Source of the DNA: Pocillopora damicornis
Lineage: Eukaryota
DNA length: 64,000 bases
Reading direction: 5' to 3'
NCBI RefSeq assembly: GCF_003704095.1
Contig: NW_020844363.1
Span: 682,001-746,000, forward strand
The position numbers and the translations under genes are program-made. The notes under the pieces were generated by a model, which saw only the letters and a list, made by a program, of their open reading frames with translations, ran no database searches and was not told the DNA's origin. This document shows positions 13,901-28,900 of the stretch, in pieces. Position 1 is the first letter of the stretch. Each line of letters opens with the position of its first letter.

Positions 13901-16900
13901 CCGATGTTTTTATCTTTGATTTTTACCGGCCTCCCTTGCTATTTTCCTTTACGAAGTACGAAATAACTAAGAAATTAAAAAAAAACCAGCTAAATCTGAA
14001 ATTAAACCAAACCAAAAATCAACGACACAATGCGCTTGTCATTTAGTAAACAATCTTAAGTATTACATGCAGTGTATGTGTAAGAGTGGAGAATTTCTTG
14101 CTTTCTTCCTTCTGAAATGAAAATCGTTTCGAAACTCTTTCTGAAAACTTCTGCATTTCAATGGTTTACTGTGTCTGTTTTCATTGTTATTTACAGCCTA
14201 ATAACATACCTCAGATCCTACCCTAGAAGACAAATGTTTACAATTTTAACTGCAACAGCGAATGATAGTTCAATACCGTAAATAAAGGAAGATCTGAAAC
14301 ATCACTCTCGAGCGTTGGACAAAAAATGTTTTTAGCTCCAGCGAGGATTCGAATTAGCTCAGTTTTTGCCGTCAGATACTTAGAAAAGTGGGTTAAATTG
14401 GCTTGTTTGCGAACTACTTATTTACTCATGGATGAAAATGTATGTGAATTGTTTGATCCCCGAAAAATACCTAGGCACAACCTCTTCTTTGTTTTATGAA
14501 CAGTTGCCCATGGAACTTCAGCACGTAAAGGAGATTATCATAAGAAGCGATAAAAACATGAAGAGGAGTGCGTCTGAAGATTCGTCCTCCATAAACAATT
14601 ATGATTTGGATCTTACAGGCTTGGTGGAAAGTATTGGTGAGTGAATCCTATTGAGACGTTTTTTTTTATGCAAGGGTTGTGTTTTACAGTAACTTTAATG
14701 AAACAAGAAAATAATACATATAAATAGATAGAAAGATGAGAAAAAACAGATAGATCAAGTTAATTTTGTGAGGAAAAGGCTCCAAAACAGCATTCGGCAT
14801 GGTTACTCAAAACACTTTCTCTCGTAAGTTTTGACAGTGTTTGAGGAGCTTTGTCGCGACTTGTGCTTCTTTTGTTCATTTTATTTATTCGGAACTATCC
14901 CATGTCTGTCTTAGTTTATAATTGCCTATTTTTGTCTACCGAACTATGATTTTTTTGCATGGTCTTCCTTAAGTTGTAGGCAGTTTATAGGAACACTAAA
15001 TATTACTTGAAATACCACTTAATCTGTTATGACCATTTGATCACTTATGAAATCGCAAGACCTACCACAGTCCCGTGAGTGAGTGAAAGAGCATAACCGT
15101 TAGTACCCCTACTGGGAATAGGCTCGCCTCCCGCCGTTTTATCGGCTCCCATCTTTGATCCTCTCTTTGGGTAGGGAAAGCTGGCTCGTTTTTAGAACAG
15201 CGGCTAGGCATCGTATCTACACTGAGGAACTCTTGGCTCCAAGTGTTCGTTTAGGAGAGGTTCCCGTCTTGAAAAGATGTCTCTCAGAACAGAGCTGACT
15301 GTACGCATAAATATTTTTTCGCTGTTTTTCAGTTGATTCTGATGACGACGATGAGGAAGAAGAATCACATTCTTCACGAGAGGTACTACAGCTATAAATT
15401 ACTATCGCTGTCGTCAAATTTACAAGTAGATCTTTTTTCGATTAGATGGACAATTTACAGCCTCCCCAAATGACGACATAATTTTGTCAATCAGATTTCA
15501 CCAGACAAAAACCTCTGCGTTCTACTCGGTGATAAAGCATCTATTCCTAAATCCGAGTAAATTACTAGGACTGGTGAAATTAAGACTTACGCTCGCACAT
15601 GTACGCATTGCAGACCTAACTTGTATCGAGTAAAGTTTCAGTGAGAGAGTAAAACGCTTAATTTTTTTTGTCACAGTCTTTAATGGTGCGTGATGTGGTG
15701 CGAGATTGCCTGGAGAAAGAGCCGTCTGATCGAACAGAAAGTGATATCCGTGAGTCTCAAATTTCACTATTTGGTTTTAAGTTTTTTCTGTTAAAGATTT
15801 TATTTGTTAAATATCAAGTTTCGTTGAACCATTTTTTTACAGAGGCCCTTTTGGATTTCATGCAACATTTGCCGGTAAGTTTTTATCTTGTTGATTGATA
15901 TTTAAGCCATCGAAACGATCGTTAGGTTGGGGGTTCCGGCCATCATTTTCTACACCGTTAGACAGTTTCCTTGTTAATCGTGCTCAAGTACATTTTTGAC
16001 CTCGTATTGAATGTATAGGGCGCTTTCGATAGTGTGGTGGAACTGAAACCAATGTAATCTAACTTTCAATCAGAACAAAGAAAAATGCTAGTAGAAGCCA
16101 ATCAGAACTCAAAGCAAACACACGTAAACCGCCTGACGCGCGGGAAAAGCGAGTAACCAATTCGCGATGGGTTCAGTTTAGTTTTGCATTTGATTGGTTG
16201 AGAGGGCAGAGCGAGTTTCTAGATCAATCACAGCGCAAAGTAAACATAATCAATTCACTACTGGTCCACTTTTGGCCTTAGTTTTAAAATGCTCAAGCAG
16301 TCTGCTGATCGTATTTTTTTTTCTCATGATAACGCAGGCGTTTGCCAACATGACCATGAACGTACGGCAAGAGCTATGCGCTGTGATGGTGTTCGCTGTT
16401 GTAGAAAAAGCGGGATCCGTTGTGATGGAAAATGAAGAGGAGGTTTGTAGGGATCTTGACCTTTAGTTAAAAAGCAGCAGGTTTCACCCTCAATCCAGTG
16501 TGCACCGTCCAAAATCGTGCCTTTCTTTTAAAAGATGTCGAGCAAGTTTTACCTAGATGTAAGTGAATTCGTCTTGTTTGAAGACAGAATCAAAACTAGT
16601 AGGCATTTCCTTAGAAGGATAGATGGATCTTTATACAGATATTTAGTTGGATGGAGTGTGTCTTTATGATGTTTACGTAGTCGATAGAATGATAGATTTA
16701 ACTTCCCAACGAGCATTCACTCAGTGGAAATCTTCATATCGGGAGAATTCTTAAAGAACAGTTTAAACATCAGACTGCAATTTGAATCTTACAAAGACTG
16801 TAACCAGGAACTACTCATTCACTTCGTCTTTCACAAAATGTTTTCTTACGGTTCATGTTGTCTCGTATTAAGTTCAAATTCACGTTAAATTAGTTTATCT

Positions 16901-19900
16901 TCAGCTTTCCGAATGTGTATCTCTCGGCAGCTGGACTCCTGGTGTGTTATACTCAACGGATCAGTTGAAATTATTGTCCCTGGGGAAGAGATCGTGACCC
17001 TGCATCTTGGGGACAGTTTTGGGGTGGAACCCACACTGAAAAAGATGCGCCATAAGGGAATTATGAAGACACGTGCGGATGATTGTCAGGTAAGGCCAAT
17101 CAACTAGAACAAACCAAAAAATTTAATGTGGACTTTAAGTACAGCTACGAGGCACTCGAATGTTTTGCAGAAAGAGGCAGGCTAAGATTAGGGGGAGTTG
17201 AGGCTCGAGTTTGTAACTGCCTTATTTGTATTGGTAATATGAAATGTTGGGCTTGCGGTGAATGTTTGAGGGTCGAATTCACCACCGTCTTAATAGTTAT
17301 CGAGAACGACTGATCAAATGAATCTTGCGAGAAGTAAAAGTCCTATAGTCTGTGGAACAAGTGTCTTCGACTTTCTTTTTTGAAGTTAAATCATCCCCTA
17401 GCTGGTAACTTCCTGATATCTCACTCGTCTGCGAAAAGTCGCCCTCAATCTACTTTGTTTCATTTTGTCATTCAGTTTGTGTGTGTAGCGCAAGCGGATT
17501 ACTACAGAATTCTCACTCAAGGAGAAAGAAGTATTCAATGTATTGAGGAGGGCGGTGAGGTCGTTATGATTACGGAATTTAGGAAGACTGACGGAGGCAG
17601 TCGACAGGGTCAAGTAGTCATTAAGGTGAGTCCTCTATTGAATATTCGACGATTGTATGAATTCATTCACTCCTTGAGCTTGCGAGAAAACTCTTTTTAT
17701 TTTGGTGCTGCAACACAGTGGCGAAGCCACGCTATCAGTTTTGAGCCGGCGAACAATGCGAGCGCGAGAGATTCTGGAGGATTCTGACACGGAAATGAGT
17801 ACCAGACCCCTCAAGGACCTGTGCTTTGGTTCTAGTGAGAATCTTCCTGTAGGCTCACTTTCTTGCTGTTCGGTTTCCTGATCAACAAGGAAAAAACGTT
17901 TGATTACAGGTTACCTGATTAATTACCACAACTGAAAGAAATGCTAGGGCCGTTTTATAAAAAGATTTGCTTGGAAAACTCGTTAGCTTGCTCCACTTTG
18001 TTCCAACAATGACGTTTTCGTTCAGTTTTTGTTTTGTTCATCGTGAATAGGATTATGCTAAAAAATTTTTAGATAAATAAAATTTAGCAGTCGCAGGTTA
18101 ACATAAGGGAGATGTTGAGTTACAGATATGTAACAATTAGGTCTCCTCTGGCTGTTAAGATTACTTTGATTTTAGTTTTACGAGACTCAGTCGAAATGTT
18201 ACTGTTGTTTTCGTTGCCAGGCAACCGCCCAGAAGCTTATTAGTCACGTGGTAGCGGACCACTCGGCGATCGATCCAACTTACGTAGAAGATCTTTTGCT
18301 GACCTACAAAACCTTTATTGATCGCCCCTCAGAGATCTGCGGTTATTTACTAAACTGGTTCCTCGAAAAACGTTTTCGAGACAAGGTAGGTTTTTTTTTG
18401 CTCTACCTTTAAACAAACACACAACGACGCAAAGAAATTTCCTGCTTTAGAGACACATCGGTACAGATTCTTTTACGGTTTTCATCGAAGTTGACGATTC
18501 CAGTCACATGGTTTGCCGGCAGACTGTTAAAAAAATAATGCAAACTGATTGCGGGTGCAAAAATTATTGTTTGTTTAGTTTTTAGAATGAAGCCATTGGA
18601 AAAGGACTGTGATGAACCTGTTATCCAGAATTCTGTCCTGCGTCATTTTATTGATATAAATCAGGCGCCTCTGTTGCATCCAATCTGGTTCATAATCATA
18701 TGAAAGCCACTTGTGATCTCGCATTGGTAGCTTTTCTCTTAAGAGCATCTGATTTACTAAGATATTTGTTCCTGCAGTTGTGTATGCCGTTGTTTTCTGA
18801 CTTGTTTTGGAGACTGGCTCAGTCTTACCACACGTAGAAGTCACTGGCCATGTTTTAAAATCGTTTTTGGTGTCAATTTAATTTGATTGGTTGAGACTTG
18901 GTTTGTTTCATTTCAGGTAACGCGCGCCATGTTGTTGTGGGTTAATAACCATTACGGAGATTTTGAAAGTGATACAGTTATGGAAGGATATCTGGAGACC
19001 TTTGAAAAAGGTCTCGAGTTTCAGGTAACCACAAGGATTTTTTTTTTTTTTGGCGTTTTCCTTTTTTTTCTCTTTAGTGGAATTGAAATATCATATTAAC
19101 CCCTGAAAGTTTTGATGTGATTTAATTTTTCTGTCTTTTCTATTTTTGCTCAAACAGCAAATGAGCGGTCAGCTTGGACTGTTGAACATTGCTTGCGCGG
19201 CTAAAGCAAAATCTCGTCGGATTACAATGGTGAGATACTTTTCTGCCTACCTATGGTACCTCAATAGGACTGAGTAGAGTCCAACTAATTCTGTAACCAT
19301 ACGAGTGATTAGCAAAATCGTACGACTGTGTACATACTCGTGCGTAAAAAATCGAACTCCTGCTTCATGGTCATCTGATCTTTGTAATCAGTTGTATAAT
19401 TACAAACTGATATTGACATTATAAATTGGGCTTTTGATCACTCCTTAAGATCAATAATTACAGTTACAGTTTTCATTCGATTTTTTCTTCTTTCCCGAGA
19501 AATGTTTTAGCATGTGATGACCTTTTTTTTTCTTTCCTTTATCTTTGCTAGGATCGCCCGTCCAAGGACAAGCCTCTAGGTTTTACCATTGCGGGCGGAA
19601 AAGAATCTGGTTTTGGAATATTTGTATCTAAGGTACAGTAGCTGTAGTCGTTTATTTTAGTTTTGCGTTTGCTTACTAAGCTAAGTCAAAGAGTTTGATT
19701 CAATGGAAATGTTATGAGTCCCATGACAAATCGTGGGCCTAATAATAATAAAATAGGACTTGCGGCTATTTTCCCGCGTTCGGCACCGATAAACGCTTTA
19801 CGCGTTTGCAGCGAGTAAGATATTTACCTGGCGTTCGTGGTAGGCTCCTTTTACCAGCCTGATGCACAGGTATCATTTCTTACACGCGTGGGCCTGTCTG

Positions 19901-22900
19901 TACTTGAGCCTATTCAATACTGATGTTAAAATTGACATGTTCACTTTTTTTCTCAGGTTGAAGAAGATTGTAAAGCGTTAGAAGCAGGTCTCAGAAGAGG
20001 GGACCAGGTATTTTGCTGTTTAGTTTTATCACAGATGTTATGATCATTGTGGTTACTCATCATTCCCAAACCTGGTGTTACATTTAGGTTGAGTTTTATA
20101 GTTGGTTCTCGTCCTTGCTCTGAGGATTTTCCTCCTGGCCCGCCGGTTTTCGTCCCTCCACAAAAACCAAATTCTAAATTCCAATTCGCCCTGGAATTTC
20201 CACTATAAAATCCCTTGTTTTCATTTATTATATTTTATCCTTAGGAAGCAATTTTTGAAAGGCAGAAGTCGAATCTTCAATGTGCTTTTTCCGATAATTT
20301 TTGGTTTTTTTTTTTCTCATCCTTTCAGCTACTTGAAGTCAATGGCACAAACTTCGAAAACATTACAGCCACAGAGGTAAACGAAATTTAACGAAAGTTA
20401 AATTTAATTAAATGTCCAATTCTTATTTATTTGTTAATGTTTTTATCTGCTCATGTATGTATAATTATTTCTTTATACACGTGATGTTTAGGCAAGGGAC
20501 CGTCTGTCCTGCGCGATCCATGTGTCAATGTTAGTCAAGCGGAACATGCCAGGTTTGTTTAAAATTTACATTTGTGTTTGTGTTTGGAAATTTTCTTGAT
20601 CGAACGTTTCATCAAAATGATTTTGCGCCTAAGACTTTTTGAACTTATGACTGAACATTTAATCTAGTAAAGATTTTTCACATTCCTGTTTTTCGCAAAG
20701 TTATTACTTCTGTGCAGAGTAGTCTTACAATGTCAACCCTTTGTCGTATAGTTTCGTGTTTTTTCGTGTTTCCACAAATGAAACTTGACCCAAGCTTACC
20801 CTACGAATTTCGTCCTTTTTGGGTTTGGAACAAAAAGGAATGGCGATCGTTAATGAAATAGATGTCGAAGGTTCTGAAGGGAGCGAAGTTTGGTAAGGGG
20901 AGATTAACCATCTTAGCAAATCTGAAAGCACGAGTCTACGCTTCCCAGCTTTGTTATCACGTTCGCTACAAAGTAGGCAATTAGAATTTGCCAAAGTTCA
21001 GAACTTTGTGGTATTGCAAGGGCGGGAGAATAATTTTTGATGGACTTATGGGAGTTTTTCTTAACAACCCTGTAGGCACAAAGTTTGTTTTTTATTGAGA
21101 GTATCTTAGGAGTATTAAAAAAATGGTGATCTCAATTCAGGTTTGAGTCGGTCTATTTGTAATTAAACAGTACAAGATGAAATTTTTATTTACATGGTGG
21201 AAAATTTAAATCGCATCCCGTTCAGCATTCACCTAAATTATTTTTCTCCCGAGCTATTTCATTGGGGTTCATTGCACATTTGTATCAGAAAATTCTTAAT
21301 TGGAAAAAGATATTCTTAACAATAAGATACCATTTGAAATTTCTTTAGAATAGGATCGGCCAATCAGAATCGAAACGGAAACCAAACGTGCTGCGGTGGG
21401 CAAACTAATGTTTTTGCAAAGTTTTCAATGTTAAAAGCCGGGTCAAAGAAGCGGTACATTCAATAGCCGTTTACAATGCGGAGATTTCGTTAATGACTGT
21501 CAATTGTGAAGCGAGGGTTCTTTTTCTTCCGGTACTGATGGCCTTAATTTCTCTTTTGTTTAACGCGGTTGAATAGATTACCTACAAAATTATTTCGGCT
21601 TTGATGTCACGTCCTTTCTAAAGGATAATTGAAATTTCGAGCGGCGTTTTGTTGGTCAAAAATCACATCACCAAACAAACTTTCTTTACGTTTAACTTTC
21701 TTTACGTAATTCAGCCTGTGGCTGCAAGGTTCTTGATAATAAACTATCTATCTATCTTAATTATCCTGAACTACGCCAACAGTTTTAAGTGTGAGATAAA
21801 ATTTTGCGTTCTTCTTTTATTTAAAACGCAGGTGAATTTTCTAGAATATGTTGGCCACGCTTGGAATAAATCTAGCAAATCCTTGTGTCTTTTAATCATA
21901 GTTCACTTATTCATGTTTAAACACGTTTAAACAAAATTGATTCAATAGAATTCTTTCTTCGCAAAGAAAACTTTTACCGCCATGGGAGTAAAACGCCACA
22001 AGAAGAGTTCACTTGTTGTGCGTGTTGAGGAAACATGGAAACGCCATGTTTTCACCCGAAAATTTTAACCCCCGCTCGTGACTTGTTTTTCCCACAGCTT
22101 TTAAAGACATGGAAACGACCCCGCATAGAAAAGAGAACTTGAAAATCACGCAATCGAAGGTATGTGCTACTTGTGTATGTATCAGTTGTTCAAAAAGCGT
22201 GACGTGTGAATTTAATTTGTTTCCTGGATTTTGTTGACTCAAAACGCGTCTTTTCCGTTTGCCGTTTGGAGCACAAAATTTCACATGCTGTGTAAAAAAA
22301 AAAGCAAGACTGAGACGATCGATTGAACACGATTACTCAACCACATCTTCGCTTTGAGGTCCAAATTCCGCGATATAGGTGTGCGATCTTAACAGCCATG
22401 TTGGACCGCGTGAGCAATATCCAATTTCCTTTGAGAGTGAATTGGGCAGTTCACAATTTCGCCTAGTCCTACGATTTGGTCGCTAGGCGAGAATAAGGAC
22501 CATGTCTCTAGAGGTAGCTAATTTTGAAACAATACTATTGAGCAGATTGATTAATTTGGGAATCACGGGCGATACATTTACATCACTGGTTTGTTCATCT
22601 CTATTTAGGACACAGTACAGCGAAGTTCGTCCGATTGTAGCGAAAGGCAACGTACGTTGCAGTCTCGCCTCTCCGTTCCTGAAATATCGTCAGGTATAAT
22701 AATTTAATCGGACTTTTACTTATAAAAAGTTCCATTACTTCAATCTTTTCACGGAAATTTTCGTGAAGCACTTTAAAACTTATGACACAATGTTGAAGAA
22801 AAACGGATGTTAAGCAGACATTACGTGTTTTTTTTTTCTAGCAAAGCGTATTTTGATATGGCGCACTGTGAACTGCGGCAGAGGCGCGCGCTTTTTGTTA

Positions 22901-25900
22901 TCTAAACGACATTTATTTAGAGTTATATCTTTTCAGATTGAATTATTGAAAGATACTTAAGAGTCTCCCTTACGTAAACTAAAAAATCAGCTGCTATTAA
23001 AATGTAATTTGCAAAGATTATAGTTTTCAATATTGCTGATGTGCCTGAGCAAGCGTTATAAATGTTGGGATGGGAATTTAGAATGATCTTTTTCAAGATG
23101 TTACTTCGTCCACGAAAGGCAAATTTTGCCTGCTTAGTGTTATGTTACGATTGATTTGAATTTGTGTCGTCTTCTTGTACAGATCCTTCCAAAAAGCCAA
23201 TCCAGGTAAGTGTTATTTTTGTCTTATTTAGATTGTATTCTTAAACGATTTTTCATGCAGTAGATTAGAAATATAACGTCAATACTTTCAATGCTCTGGG
23301 TCTGGTCCTCTTTTATTTACGCTACAAAACAAGCGTGCATGTTTTTACTCATGGCGAGAAATCTTCTTGTCGGCGAATATTGAATTTGTATCGCACACGA
23401 TGGAGAAGTGTTTAGATTCGCTTCATTTACCGTAAAAGAAGAAAGAAAACCACAATCAAATGCTTCAGACTATTTTGGGTAAGTGAAGAATGCAGACACT
23501 ACAGATTTTACACGTTTCACATGGGTTACAGTCGTCAGTATTCCCACGCCACCGGAGCGATCTTCTAATGACCGAAAATTTAATGATAGTAGTTTCAAAG
23601 TTATTCAGTAAACTTCTAAATTTAGATTGTCATAAAGGAAATAACACAACAAACGCGATCTGGGAAAGGAAACGGAGCGGCAAAATTATGACCGAGCCTT
23701 TTCTCTCATTTTCTCTGTTACCAATTATAATAACCTGTAAGCAATTGTTTCACGTTGTTTGTTAGGCTGTCGAGATCTGGTATCACCGGATGCCTCAGCC
23801 TACGGAGGTCTAACAGTTTGTGGGATTTACAAATTACTTGTTTAGCGAGTTTCTCACGCTGACCCCACGTAAAGATATTCAAGGCCAGTGTCTCTGGTAC
23901 TGTTTATCGAATCTGGCCAATGGTCAATTTTTGTCGGGACAACTGAAAAGGCCATAGGTTTCAGAAACATTTTTCTTTAAGATTAAGGCAAAGTTAAGAC
24001 TAACTAAGTGCCCGACGAAATGGTTACGAAATAGCAGATTCTTACGTCTAAAAAATGTCTCAAGAGTGTCTCTCAAGTATGTGACGATGGTTCAGCTCTC
24101 TACAATAGTGATACTCCAGTGGAACAGTAATTAACATTTTTTCGAAAGATTTTAGTTCTCAAAAACCGTATCAGGTATGATCAATCAACAGTATATGTGG
24201 AAGTAATGCTCCAAATTCTTTAACGTTCCATTTACGTTAGTTTATGCAAATATATCGAAAGGTCGAAAGGGTAACGGAACAAGCATGCATATATGACGTC
24301 AAAATCTTGTGGTCGCGGTACATGGTGTGTGTAGCGTCATTAGAGAGATATTTTACCTCCGTAGGCTTGGTTTTTCCAGCTGAAAGATTGACATTATGTC
24401 AAAAACCACAAAAATGTCATGGAAAATTATTTACTTTGATTTTTCAGGATTGTTTAGTTGTGTGGATTGTCGGAATCAATATGTCATGCTAGGGGTTAAT
24501 TCTTTCAAGGAGACTACCTTTGCCTTTGACGTTCTTGTTTTGCGTAGAGTCAAAGTGCACCGAAATTGTTTTGGTCACAATATTTCGCATATTTATTTTA
24601 TATTTGCTTTCTTTCGCGGAGTTTTGATGTTGTGTTTTAATAAAAACACGATCGAGAGAAAGTTGTTTTGAAGGCTTTCAATTATGCGTGAACTAATGAA
24701 TCAATGGATTTTGATGGCAAATTTCAACACAAGTGGTTATATTGATATGGAGACTCGTTTTATGTATTTAAGCCATTCGGTCTTTTTTTTTCCATATATT
24801 TTTGTGACCTCTTGTGTTGAAACATTTGTCAGCAATATCGTTCACTGCAGTGAGTTGCGTAACTTGATGGTATAACTTAGTTCATAGTTCTCTTTTTTGA
24901 TAACAACATATCACCTGCATTTCCTGCTGATCATTGAGATACTTAAAGGAAAGCTCCTCCAACGAACTAATTGTATGGTTTCAGTTGTCTTGTAATTTCT
25001 GATCACCTCAAGAAGTTTTCTTTTTCTGAAAGGGACAGGCGTTTGACATTTAAGTCTAGCCTTAGAGGTCGTACCCAATGGGGTGATTGCCATGAAATTG
25101 TCGCAATATAAAGAACGCCTGAGGTTGGTAGGCTAGTTGCACGAGTGGATGCGCGCTTTTTGAGCCTTTAAACTTTGTCGGTAGCTTTGTACAGTTTAGG
25201 GATGAGTAAGCATTCAATTGTTTTGAACGACAAAAAAATCAAGTGTCTTCCCATTGATGTGGTAATCATTGTCAAAAACAAAATAAAACCTAATTTATAT
25301 CCTGCATTAGTCACTTTCGGTTTCCAGAGCCAATTTTTCGATGAAAATGTAAAGCTTATTGATATTTTGCTTTTTTTGCTAATCAGCTTGTTGTAAGTCG
25401 TAACGCGATGGTAAACACCTTCTACAATCTATATATAGTTGGCGCTTTTCTAACGCCGGGATGAAAATATCGTCTTTGTTTTTCTTATTTATTTTTTCTC
25501 TTCGTTGGTGTTGTTGCAAAACTATGGTGCTTTTTTTTTTTGTCTTCTCCGGTTTCGAGTTATGCTTCGTGGTCTTTTCGAGAAAAAAGTAGACCTGCTT
25601 TGTCAGTTATGTTTACGAAAAAGTAAATGTTGTCTGCCGTTAACTGGTGAAACAAACCGCATGCCCGGTTGGAATATAAGATTACGGTGACTGGTACGCC
25701 GACGAACCAGTTGAACGTGAGCACTAATGTTGTTCAATGTCTATACTGGCGCACGGTAGGCTTTTTGACCAATCAGAGTGTGCGCTTTATCTCAGCCGCT
25801 GTGACTCAACTATACTTCGTTTGTACGACTTTTATTTGGGAAAGTCGGAACGTTTTCCGGAAAAAAAAAAATTCCATTTATTTTCTGGCCTGGTGCTTTT

Positions 25901-28900
25901 CCTTAATTACAACTCCGCTTTTGTGAGCTGTAATTGTTCCAGTTGAAGATCAAAACAATGCTATGTTCAGCGTTTAGTCATGCATGCTGGATATTTGTAG
26001 CTACGCGCGTATTGATTTTCATTGAGATATTTGTGTAATGTCATTTGAGGCTATGCTTCATGTTTTCACGTATTTATAATTTTTGGGAATGCTTTCTCCT
26101 TTAAACCGTCTCTCTCTCCATCGATATTTTCGTTGAAGTGAAGAGGTTTTCGTATCACAAAATCACACCATCCTTCCTGAGGTGTTTGTTTTGTGTCTTA
26201 GTAGAACTTCCTTTCGTGAGACAATACTCGCTTCACCTCTCGGAGGACTTTTGGGTTCTAAATAAACTCGTATTGTCTGAAGAATGAAAGCACTTGGCTT
26301 TTTATCAGAAAAATCTCAAGGGTACCTCTCAGGCACGTCTATATGTTGGCTGCCTGACTGAACAAAGGTGTGCTCCTTGACGTATTAAATGGATCACTGG
26401 GGTGGGTTTTTTTTTTCTCTCTCGCTTCTTATAACATCAAACAGTTTTCCGTCGACAGGAATATTTTTCTCGCTTAGGTGAGGTGATGATGTGAGCACTA
26501 AACTTCCGCTCGTCTGGGCCTGGCAACTTAGCGGTCAAACTCAAAGCATGGGTGTGTGGATCAATTCTGGCCGCCCACGCGCCAATTTTCCGCGCAAAAT
26601 TTCAAAAGAGAACATAAGAAATAATTGCTGTCTTGTAAAGTAAACGAAAGAAATTTGAAACGTCATTTCTATCTATACAAGAAAACGAAAGTACGGGAAA
26701 GGCCTGGAAAACTCCAGACTTTTCGAACACAAAGCTTATTCAATAACGGGTTTCCTGTTATTTACCATTTTGTTTTGAAAAGGTTGTACGCTTTTAAAAC
26801 ACAATTTATTTCTGACAGCCTGAAAGCACACCAGCTAGTCGTTACTAGGTTCGCGCGTGCGCAGACGTTTAGCCGCTGTGTTGGGTCCAGCACCTACGCA
26901 TTCCAAATAGCGCTCAAGGGACCGCTGGCTGTTTGCGGGCTTTTGTATTAGGAATATTTTGATGACGAAAGAATCCCTTGGGGATCTTTATTGATTTTGT
27001 GCAATTTCTTTTCTCTAGCATATTCATCCGACTTCAACGACCCTGAAGGTGAAGAAAGCTTTAAATCGACTCAGTGCATTTGGAACGCTATCCAAGAACT
27101 CTAAGTAAGTACAAAACGTCCATAGGACAGAGGTTGTCCTGAGAATTAAGCCATTTCGCGAGTTAGACATAGTGTATGTTGTCTTGTAACTAAGAGAGGT
27201 GGCCTGTGAAACAATATTGCAACATTTTTGTTTTGTTTTGTAGGTCGATTTTTCTTCCCTTTCCTTGTTTATTTTCAGTTAATGGGAAACAGTAACGCTA
27301 TGAAAATCGGAATCATTCTTCTGAGTAACGATACTTTACTTTCGTGGTCGCACTGAATTGTTAAATTGTATTTTTGTCAGCGGAAATAGACACTCAGAAG
27401 TGATGATGTCGAACATTCCAGTCAGAATTTTCGAGGAAGGGTTGCAACTTCTCACGAATACATATTCTGAAAACCTCTTAAAGGAAGTTGAAGTAATTTT
27501 CAAGAATTTAAAGTGCCTCGACTTCCTTCAAAAGAATATTTATAACTTTTGACGTTTTCCTTCGGACTGAATGTAAAAATTTCGCTTTCCGGGACAATAT
27601 GCAATCAAGGGCTTTTGAAGTCTTATTTGGTCATATTATACTTAAAGGACACTATCCATTAGGACTGGGATTAAATCTCTACTCCATTGAATTCAGTTGG
27701 ACTTCTATAAAATCCACTTTTTGGATTCCTTAAAATAGACGTCAACAATGAACATGGAGGTATATTATTAATGATCACATTTTTAAACTTTCGTGTGCCT
27801 TGAGTCAAAGTTCAACATACTCTTGACAGATTCTCGCGCAGGGTAAGATTAAATTGGTTAACAATCAAGGTACTTGACAACGCTGATTACGCTGATTTAA
27901 GGCAAGAATTTTCACAAAACTCTTGGAAATTTTCCGAGAATTCCGCTTTGTATCTATTTTTCCTCTACTGAGAACTTGAACAAGTAATGAATCTATGTCT
28001 TATTATATCTTGTTATCATTGCTATATTACTTAACTTTTTGATTAAGAGGGATATCTTGTGTGTATTTTTAAATAATATTCTTATATTATTGTTGTTGAT
28101 ATCGAAACGACTTGGCAATACGATCAGTTTCTGCGATAACAACCTTTGCTTTGTCAACGAGGAAAGAAAATATGTAATTACTGAAACACCAAATTGTATT
28201 TAAAGCTTTGGGAAACAGGGCTGTGGATATTGAGATCACCATTCGCGTTGATAAGCTTTTTGTACAAGAATTAATATTCAGACTTGTTCGATTTTGCAGC
28301 ACTTAATCCCGACCTGACTTCGTCGCTTGTCAGTAAGGGATGACATCGGATCACAAACCTAAGTATTAATAAGATTAGCGTGGTAACAAGAGAATGTCAG
28401 TTTGGTTTAAGCGGGCCGTAGTCGGATTATATTGTTTCCGCTCAAAAATTCCTTTGGCGCAAACTTTTTGTCGAATCAAATGTTGAATTTCGACCTTCTC
28501 TCGGCAAATTTTAGCTCCTTTTAAAACGAATGACGAACAGAATTGAGTTATCTGTTTCAAAAAACTCACCGGTAACTAGTGGTAACATGTTTTCCACTAA
28601 ACGTACACTTATCCTTGTATAAGGTGTTTGAAAATTCCTTCTTCTAAAGACACTATTTGGCCTCTTTTTTGGCACCTTAGCACTCTAAGGCTTGCCTTGA
28701 CTTAAAAAATTTAGAATCTACTTGGCAACAATCGCCTGTGAAAAGAGCTCAATACAACTAAGAAAGAATCTCAATATAACAGCCGCCATGTTGTTTTTTC
28801 CTCAAGGCTCATCTCCAAGAGTGAAAGGGACCTTCTCAGCGTGGATCACGAGGGCACAAACGATCTACACGTGATGGCCAAGCACGGGGTGAAAAAGTCC

